Below, piece after piece: positions 52,437 through 61,081 of a stretch of 64,000 nucleotides of DNA. How positions within the stretch are numbered: the first letter of the stretch is position 1; each line of letters begins with the position of its first letter. Both the position numbers and the translations under genes were made by a program. The notes under the pieces were generated by a model. The model was not told the DNA's origin, did no database searches, and saw nothing but the letters and a program-made list of their open reading frames with translations. This stretch comes from Dimorphilus gyrociliatus (lineage: Eukaryota; Animalia; Annelida). The stretch lies in NCBI GenBank assembly GCA_904063045.1, contig CAJFCJ010000003.1, positions 2,094,504 to 2,158,503 on the forward strand, read 5' to 3'.

Positions 52437-54347
52437 TTAGGCGCGTCTACCTGCAAATTTCTTAGGCCTATCGCTCGGCATTTGCATTAATTGTAGATCG
52501 TGCATAGTAGGCAAACACGATCTACGTAGAACAGCAACTTCAACATCCAAATTGTAAAACTGATGCCTTATTTGGGCTAGTTTATCAAATAGTCGTTCTT
52601 GGCTGTTAACTAGAGTTCTAGCTTGTAGAACTCTTGACGAATATACTATCGCCTCTGGATCAATTGCTTTTTGCTTCGCTTTTTCTAGTACGGTGACTGC
52701 GTCTACAGCCTGAGGTTTTTCTTTCTCTTCTTGTAATAATTTCTTTAATTGTCCATATGCGATGGCCGTTTCCTCCGCAGTAGGTTCGACAGGTGAAGCT
52801 AGATGCTCTCTAATCAATTTTTGTACTTCAGGTTCCGTGTTCAACAATGTGCTGCACGAAAGTTGCAGTTTTTCTACAGGTTTATTATCTAATTCTGCAG
52901 TATTATTATTATCTTCTTTTTCAATTTCTGATTTAGCTACCTCTGTAGCTATTGCAGTATTTTCCAAAGTTTTGTTAGTTTCAATATTTATACTACTTTC
53001 ATCAACAGAGTCTTTTTCCTCTTCCTTGCTACTCTTATTTTCCTCTTTCTTTGAATCTGTCTTTTCTTGCTCCTCAATTTTTTGAGCTTCTTCGATTGGC
53101 TTTTCATTTTCCTCTGGATCAGCCTTTCCCGCTTCTTCAACATCATCGTTTGTGTCTTTCTTATCATTTTCTTTCTCCTCTTTAGCTGGGGTTTTGTCAC
53201 TGATCGTCTTCTCTACTATTTGTTCCTCTTCTAGATCTTTTTTCCCGTCGTCTTTTGATGTTTTATCCTCTTCTTTTTCGTCCTTCTCTTCTTCACCCTC
53301 CTCTTCCTCCTCATCCTCATCCTCCTCTTCCTCTTCCTCGCTTTCCTCATCTTCTTGTTCACTCTCTTTTTTCTCTTCTTTTTTAGCTTCTGCAGCTTTT
53401 TCACTTTCTGCTTCAATCTCTTTTTCTACCTTTTGCTCAAGTTGTTCTTTCTTGACATCCTCCTTGGCGTCATCAACTTCCTTTACGTTTTCTTCACTAT
53501 CATTCGCTTTTGAATAGCTGCCAGTATCGGTGTTTTCATTTTCCTCTCGACTTTCGCTGTTTTCTTTAGATTCTTCAGGCATCTTTTCATGTTGATTTCC
53601 AACAGTTTTGTCTTGATCTTCACAAACGTTTTGTTCAGCAGATTGTGCCGGCACGTGTTTTTCTGGCTCAACTTTTGTTTCGTTTAAAGATTCCTCCTTT
53701 TCAGTTCCTTGTTCATTGTCATTTTCTTCAACTGTATCTTCATCCTCCGCGTTTTTTTCTTCTTCTTCTTCTTCTTCTTCTTCTTCTTCTTCTTCTTCTT
53801 CTTCGTGTACTTTTTCAGTTTCGGTTTTCTTTGCAGGTTCTTCGGTAGGTTGGGAATTCTTTTCAATTTCAACAGCCTTATCATCACTTTGCAAAGTTTG
53901 ACCGTTATTTTGAACTTTTCCGGAGAAATCTTTATCACTTTCGGCCTCTTCAGTTATTGTCTCGCTACCAACAGTGTCGCTAGTGATAGCGCTGCTCTCC
54001 TGGGAAGAATGGTGTTTCTTTTTTTTCTTGTCTTTCTTTTCCTTGTCCTTTTTCTCCTTTTTCTCCTTTTTCTTCTTTTTCTCCTTCTTTCTATCTGCTT
54101 CAGAAATCATGGACTCAGACTCACTAGTTGTTTCCAGAGTTTTCTTTTTTTTCTCTCTCTTCTCTTCTTTCGATCTTTTCTCTTTTTTCTCCTTTTTTTC
54201 TTTTGTTTGTTCTTTTTTGGAGCCAGATGAATCTTCTTTACTGCTTTTTCCTTGAGTTTCCGAGACAGTTTCATCCATCGTTACTGTATTACTATCGCTG
54301 ATTGTATCCGATATGTACTCGGAATATGATTCAGTCTCCGACATCAT
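52437..54347 (-). CDS. Uncharacterised hyper-acidic, low-complexity protein (636 aa)
   Basis: 1.9-kb open frame with K-rich blocks (KKEKKEK), poly-E tracts and a ~130-aa non-repetitive, probably helical C-terminus. A polypyrimidine acceptor lies just upstream of the ATG (~54370). Confidence 0.8.
   Translation of the reverse strand: MMSETESYSEYISDTISDSNTVTMDETVSETQGKSSKEDSSGSKKEQTKEKKEKKEKRSKEEKREKKKKTLETTSESESMISEADRKKEKKKKKEKKEKKDKEKKDKKKKKHHSSQESSAITSDTVGSETITEEAESDKDFSGKVQNNGQTLQSDDKAVEIEKNSQPTEEPAKKTETEKVHEEEEEEEEEEEEEEEEKNAEDEDTVEENDNEQGTEKEESLNETKVEPEKHVPAQSAEQNVCEDQDKTVGNQHEKMPEESKENSESREENENTDTGSYSKANDSEENVKEVDDAKEDVKKEQLEQKVEKEIEAESEKAAEAKKEEKKESEQEDEESEEEEEEDEDEEEEEGEEEKDEKEEDKTSKDDGKKDLEEEQIVEKTISDKTPAKEEKENDKKDTNDDVEEAGKADPEENEKPIEEAQKIEEQEKTDSKKEENKSSKEEEKDSVDESSINIETNKTLENTAIATEVAKSEIEKEDNNNTAELDNKPVEKLQLSCSTLLNTEPEVQKLIREHLASPVEPTAEETAIAYGQLKKLLQEEKEKPQAVDAVTVLEKAKQKAIDPEAIVYSSRVLQARTLVNSQERLFDKLAQIRHQFYNLDVEVAVLRRSCLPTMHDLQLMQMPSDRPKKFAGRRA
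53757..53804 (-). repeat. Perfect coding (GAA)16 repeat encoding poly-Glu
   Basis: A ttc x16 run on the + strand lies inside the acidic-protein ORF. Confidence 0.92.
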
Positions 54348-55498
54348 TATCCTAGTCCTAATTGGTCTATAAATAAGATAAGTGGAAATGTCTTAATTGA
54401 TCTTAAATAATAGTGATTTTCAAATTAACAAGGCAGAGAAATAACTTAATCTTTCTCAAGAACTTTATTGCAAATGGAATAGGTACAGTAATAACATTAA
54501 TCTAATAATAGCAGATCGGTTTAGGCACAGATTTCGTACCAAGGTGATAAAAAGCGCCATCTATAGCATATCAATTGTTTATGCAAAAATAAAAACAACA
54601 AAGTTTAATTAATGAAATAAACAAGGGAAATGTCATGAAGAACTTCACTTCGTTATTCGGAAAATTTCTAAGAAAGGAACGAAAGGGGCAATAACATTAG
54701 CTTTAACTTATTAAATTCCTTTAGATTTAGTTTACATTCGTGCTAATTAAATCTCACGGGGAAGGTAGATATCATTTCCAATTATTTAAATATTATTAAT
54801 AAAGCATGATATATAATAATAATAGATAAAATTCGTGAGAAAGTGAAATAAACTCACCATTTATTGCGAACTGCAAACGTTTCTGCCCGATATTTCCAGT
54901 GCAAGAAACTTTGCAGCCGGCTCAGATCATCTAAAAATAGACGATTCGTTCCCTATTTACTTTCGTACACGCGAGCGCTTTACCCCAAAAAGAAGGTTCC
55001 AATGTAGATTCTACTTTTTTATTTTTGTTATAAATTTTGTTATTTAAAGTATTAAATTTTTATCAGATAAAATAGAAGTTTGTATATTTTCATTTATAAT
55101 GGAAAAGATTCATTCTATATAAATTTCTTTCATTATCTCTTTTTTTGTTGGCAGGGATTCAGTCGTAAGTTGAAAATAGAAAATAGACTATTTCTATTAG
55201 AAAAATTGTATACAAAGTAGGGAATATTTTCAAAATAATACCTGGATCTCTTTTGCAGTTGTCGGTAATCAATTAACTGGAAAAGAGGCAATAATATATT
55301 TTCTTTTCTATATTCCTAGTGGTTTATTTTTCTTTGCTCTCTCTTTTTTAATAATAACGATTTTGAAAGGCAAAATGTAAAATTATCAATATGAAAATGA
55401 TCATTTATTGTTGTGTCAGTAATATACTTTTTAATGTAGTATTGTGCATTAATAATGAAAACAATCGTTTTCATTTCATAAATCAGACTAAGGTTATA

Positions 55499-57183
55499 AT
55501 GCCTTACATACTGCACCGCCACCCACCGAGCACCCTAGACTTTCTTTTTACAGACAGCCGCGCCACACTACCTCGCGAAAATTCTCTAAGAATAAAGAAC
55601 GAAGAATTCTATATTAGCTGGAAAAGAATGGCAGAGTCGAACGATAACGATAGCGAAGAAATGGAAACTACCCTTCAACCTCCTTCGGCCGTATCGAAAA
55701 CGGATAGCTGCGAATCTGGTATTTTTAGCGATATTTCACCTCCTGTAAAAGCTGAACAAAAGTCAGAGGAGGATGTCGACGATATAATTCAAAGGGTACT
55801 AAGCAATCATAGGTACGTTTTCAAAGTCATTAATAACTATTTACTAGCCTATTTGAACAGAAACTTAATAATAATAATGATCAATTAAATTATACGATCT
55901 TCTCGAAGATTCTCCCAAGTGCAATACTCTTTTAGCATCTAACTGATAAGTTAGTTTATTCAAAACTAGGCTGCTCTTCCTGAGTTTAAACTTTCCTAGA
56001 AGTACCAAAAAGATTGATTATTAGATATTTCGGAATATTTTCTCCAAAAACGCCATCTGTCAGCAATCTGGCAGACAGACCATTAGCAAACAGGTATCAA
56101 ATTATACTCAGACAGGAAACAATTGTTATTTTACTGAATATTAATAGAAAATTCATAAAATAGCGAAGCAACTTATTGCACTTTGAGGCATCTTTTGTGA
56201 GTTGTCTACAGCATCTTTAAGTTCAAGGCAACTTGTTCTTTACAGTATTTTCTTAGACATAAAAAAAAGTCTATAAAGCTTGATAAACTATATTATTTAC
56301 TAGGTGTACTATAACAAGGCTTTTATATCTAGTTTTTAGGAGTTACGTTCATAAACATAGACAGAATTCTATTTTGAAAGAATATAACAACGGCTTACAA
56401 TAATATCTTTCTTACAGACAAACGTTTTCTGATGAGAGTGCCATCTATCGTCGACGCCGCTTTCAAAGAACGTCTGAATTTGAGGAGGAAGAAGTTTTCG
56501 AAGATCGATACGATAATGGCATGGATTATATACCGGATGATGAATTCATACCAAAGAAGGGACTTCATACAGAAGATGTCGTTCGTGAGCGGAGTGCAAG
56601 CATAAGAAATGTCGTAGATGATCAATCGAAAGTTCTAAAGAGACTTAAATCTGTAGGTGAGAGTTTTGATGAACTGCAAGATGAGATTCGCTCAATTAAA
56701 CAACAAATGTGGGAGAATGAAGCAAGACGGGCAGTCTTTGATGATGAATTTAATAATTTAAATATGAGTGAAGAAGAAGATGAACACTTTCGACAAGAAG
56801 TTCGTCAAAATATATACCGGCCTAGACCTTCATACAAATACGTAGAGGATGACTATGATACATCTTACAAGTCGAGAAATTATAGACTGGAAAGAGCCGA
56901 AACATTTGACGTTGGAAACAGATACGCCACAACATCTTTTGCGCCGCAAAGCAACAATTACTCGAGAGCCACGAATTCTTTAATGAGATCAACGTCGTTT
57001 CAAAATTCCGAAGAATTCCCTTCAAACCAACTCGGCAAATATCCAAGTGATAAATGGAGTTTTGACAGTAGATTTTTAAAAAAAGTTCGAGAGGCTAAAG
57101 CATCGGGAGAGTATAAACCAAAGAAGCCGTTTCAGTCGAGATTTCTTCGCAAGACTACTGCTAATGATTCTCCTGCAGAATAA
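55499..57183 (+). CDS. Uncharacterised protein with coiled coil and repeated F-x-SRFL motif; N-terminus uncertain
   Basis: Exon 55487-55812 (phase-2 end) joins exon 56418-57183 in frame, with an optional 69-nt phase 2-2 exon at 56025-56093. The start could be 55499, 55628 or the upstream exons at 51648 (see findings). Confidence 0.7.
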
Positions 57184-57260
57184 TAATATAATATTATTAT
57201 TAATTATGATAATGATTATGATAACAATAGTTTGTAATAATAATAATAATAATAGTTAAG
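57181..57260. repeat. Imperfect (AAT)n tract immediately after a stop codon
   Basis: taataata...gataat units, direct reading. Confidence 0.7.
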
Positions 57261-57590
57261 ATAAATAATGACAAGAAAGTTTTTTCCGACTTTTTGAAAT
57301 ATAAATAATAAAATTGAAAGAATTTAAAATAATGTCTTATTTGCTTTCGTCATCTTCCTATTTTGAAAGTTTCAAAACTTTTATTTGTTTTTATTAAAAA
57401 AAAATAATATCAGTATTTTTTTATTTTAGTATAAAGAAATAATTATATATTTTGCAAAAATTAGTGTTATTTTATGTTCTTTGTTTTCATTAGCCTTTTA
57501 CTTAATGTTTATTTAAGTTTCTTCAATTTCCTTTTCACAAGTTTAGCCATTTTCCATAAATTCTTTTCCCGTAAATCAAATTATCCCGTT

Positions 57591-57845
57591 TTAGCATCCA
57601 CCTCTAGCAGACGAACGAACTTTTCTCGTTCCCTTTCGTCCTCTAGATCGCTTTTTCATAACAGCTGACCGCTTCTTTCGCTTTACGGTTCTTCTCTTGG
57701 TAGTACGTGCACTTTTTCGGCCTCCTGATGCTCTCTTACTTGATGATCGTTTTCTAGTCTTTCTATTATTATTGATGTTGTTCTGCCTGATTCGTTGAGC
57801 TGAGCCAATAGTTTGGGCAATTTTTAGAGCTTCTAAATTAGCCAT
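57591..57845 (-). CDS. Protamine-like / sperm nuclear basic protein candidate (84 aa)
   Basis: Single-exon ORF with 18 R + 13 K of 84 residues (hand count), 10 S and a single acidic residue. R/K clusters are separated by S/G/T/A, and an AATAAA lies downstream near 57511. Confidence 0.72.
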   Translation of the reverse strand: MANLEALKIAQTIGSAQRIRQNNINNNRKTRKRSSSKRASGGRKSARTTKRRTVKRKKRSAVMKKRSRGRKGTRKVRSSARGGC

Positions 57846-58361
57846 CTCTCAAAGATTTTTTTAAATTTTGATCTAGCTAACCGTCTCTTTAGTCTTTGAA
57901 TATTAATATTAAACTGAATTTTATAAGTTAAATTCAAATTTAATAATTAATTATTGACGTAAATTTTGACAAATAATTGCATTTTTAAACTTTTTTTACT
58001 CTTTCTCACCGGAATTGATTTATTAGCGTTTCCTGTTGTAGATTAGTTTGTACTATAGAACAAGTAGTTATAGGTTATCTAATGGCCTACAATAAGTAAA
58101 ACTCTTTACTTCGGGATCTTATAGTGTAATTTGGTGTCCTATACTGTAACCGAATATTGCTTAGCAAGGATATAAATGTGCGAAGTGCAGCGCATTCTTC
58201 TTTTGCACACCACTCTTAACCTTTTTGCAGATTTTTGCGCACGAATCGAAAGCGCTGGCCAACCGCAACAGTCCGTTTGAGCAGTAGATGCAGTAAAAGG
58301 TGAGTCTCGGTCGAAAAAAAAATCGTTTCTTTCCGATTGAATTGGAGGTTCAAACAGTAAG

Positions 58362-60263
58362 ATGGAAGCCGTCGCCGCCTTCTATGGTGTGTACGTACTA
58401 TTCGCTGCCATCGATATTCTTCTAATTATATTTCGAACGCTTCGATGTCGTTGCGGTAAACGACCGGAAAAGGAAAAATTTCGAAGAGGCAGCGTTTCAC
58501 ACTCTTGGAAGGAGGCGACGTTGGTTGAAGAGCGCGATAGGATGGCTAAGCAATACGAGAGGGAAGCTGAGGAAAAATTAAAAAGTACATTTAGTTGTAA
58601 TTTATGCACAGAATTTTTCGTAAACTTCGTTCCCACCAGGAGCGATAGATGAAGCGACTGCAACGTCTGCAAAGAGCAACCGGTCGAGTAAGGTATTTCG
58701 CCTCCAGTTCAATCGGCAGATGGCGTACACATAATTATTTTTAGTTGAGAGTAAACGTTGTAAAAGTTAATAGCAAAAGTATTTAAAAGCTGCTTTAGAT
58801 CTTAGTTATTGAAAAAATTTATATATCTAATATACTGTATAGCACTAAATAACAGATGATATGATTGAAAAGACTATAAGCAAACTGTTTAACTTTTAGA
58901 TAGATGAATAGATAAGTGTAATTTTTTTGTACATATAATTAAAGACAGAAAAACATCTTAATATAGTTTCGCCATTGAAAACACATGATTAGAGACTCTT
59001 TAAAAATGCGAACAATATGAATTTTAGAGTTTAATGAGAGATATTAACATTTGAATTATGATTTTTATAACTACGGTACGTTGGAAGGAATAGAAAGGAG
59101 AATAAAAAGCTAAAAAAAAGAAACTCTTTCTTCGCTCATATTTCAATTAGATGAAGCGTCTATACTTATTTAGGTAGAAGAAAAGCGCAATAAACTATTC
59201 AATAAACACACCGGTTGTCTTGATCGATTTTAATTTTTATTCCATCGCTCTGCAGCACCTAGCTAGAGACGATTCTGTAGACGTGATGGAAGAAAATTGG
59301 GTTGGAGAGCAACTCTGTTGCCATAACTGCGAAAAGTCTCTTACTGGACATCGTTATATTCTAAGGGAAGAAAATCCTTTCTGCATACAATGTTACGAAA
59401 GCCTATTCGCGAATTCTTGCGAGGAATGTAAGAGTCCAATTGGATGCGACTCAAAAGATCTTTCCTATAAGGAACGTCACTGGCATGAGAAATGTTTTAA
59501 ATGTTCAGATTGTGAAAATTCGCTGGTTGATCAACCTTTCGCATCGAAAAATGAAAAGCTATACTGCGCTGATTGCCATGATAAGAATTTTGCTGCGAGA
59601 TGCGACGGATGTTCGGATATTTTCCGAGCCGGTATGAAGAAGTTTGAATATAAGGGCAAGCAGTGGCATGAGCAATGCTTTACCTGTAAATCATGCCAGC
59701 AACCGATAGGTAGAAAAAAATATGACTAATGCATTATTTATTTATAAACTTGATTATTTATTAAATAGGTAACAAGTCGTTTATACCGAGAGAAGGTGAA
59801 ACGGTCTGTGTTCCTTGTTACGAGGAGCATTTTGCGCAAAGGTGCTTAAAATGTAATGGTGTCATCAACAAGGGTGGCATAACCTACAAGGGAACGCCTT
59901 ACCATAGAGACTGCTTTACCTGCACTCATTGCTCGAAGATTTTAGCTGGAGAGAAGTTTACTTCTAGAGAGGAGCAACCCTATTGTGCTGACTGTTTCGG
60001 TGAACTTTTCGCCAAGAAATGCTGCAAGTGCTCTAAGCCCATTACAGGTGACAAAACTTTATTAAACTTTATTGAATGCTTTTGTATATCTGCTTATTTT
60101 TATTTGATATAAAGGCTTGGGTGGAACGAAATTTATCTCTTTCGAAGAAAGACATTGGCATAGCGATTGCTTTAACTGCTATAAATGCAATGCTTCTTTA
60201 GTCGGTAGAGGTTTCCTTACCGATGGTGATGATATCCTCTGCCCGGAATGCGGACGAGCCTAG
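58362..60263 (+). CDS. FHL2: Four-and-a-half LIM domains protein (FHL2/limpet-like), with a TM-anchored long isoform and a soluble isoform starting at 59286
   Basis: Exons 59256-59709, 59769-60047 and 60115-60263 encode a half LIM (CHNC..CIQC) plus four LIM domains ending GLGGTKFISFEERHWHSDCF..CPEC. Upstream exons 58362-58584 and 58640-58692 splice in frame. Confidence 0.92.
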
Positions 60264-61081
60264 GCTTTTGGAGAATGCGGAAATAGAATTTTTCCATATA
60301 TCCTTGCTCTTTTTTGTCGCTGCTGTGACTTTGCGTTCGTAGTTCTTTGCTTTAAAAAAAATTATATATGATATTGGAAAGCGCTGAAATTCTTAACCTA
60401 TGCAAATGAAAAATTCATGATAGTAATTGTGCTGAAACTGGAATTTTTGTCGATGATTAGCTTTTAAAGACTTTGAAATATAGAAAAAGATGAATAAAAG
60501 AAACATTAGAAAGAAAGCTTGTTGATTTTGTTTTGTTATTGTTCTTTCTTTTAGGTTTCTTAATAGCATTAAGTCTTTACGATAAACAAGACAATAATAA
60601 TAGCAAGTAATATCTTTTCTTCTTTCTCTCTTCCATATTCATCATAGATAACAAACTCAAATATCAGCGAACAAATAAAAAGAAACTGGTGTACAGAAAT
60701 ATATTTTTTATATTTGGTGAATCCAATAACCTTACGTTTTTTTTTTGAGCTAACTTTTCTTTTCTCTTTACAAAGAGTTAAACAGGAAAAGACACGGCTT
60801 GTAATTATTATACAGAGTTGAGTTAGTCTTTTATTTTGTTCTTGATCCAAGAAACAGGGATTTTTTTTATATAATACATATAATTATTAAATAGATGGGG
60901 ACGCGATATTGGAAGCTGGCCGATCCTGGGGAAGAAAGGTGCACCTACTTTTTTCCATCAAGCAAAAAATAAAAAAACAGATGAGAAATGAACCAAAAAC
61001 GTACGCAGTTTTTTGCTTACGATACGACAATATTTGCCTAGTATTGCTTCAATTAAGTAAAGTCAAAAAGAGAACCAGTTT

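Noticed and set aside
52762-54255. Multiple overlapping poly-Ser/poly-Phe/poly-Leu/poly-Lys ORFs
   Set aside because: These are alternative-frame and antisense shadows of the low-complexity acidic-protein CDS.
58590-58690. C-x2-C-x17-C-x2-C pattern (CNLC...CNVC) spanning an in-frame TGA, suggesting readthrough or selenocysteine in a half-LIM finger
   Set aside because: The first CxxC lies in the 55-nt intron 58585-58639 and the spliced frame differs. The pattern is best explained as coincidence.
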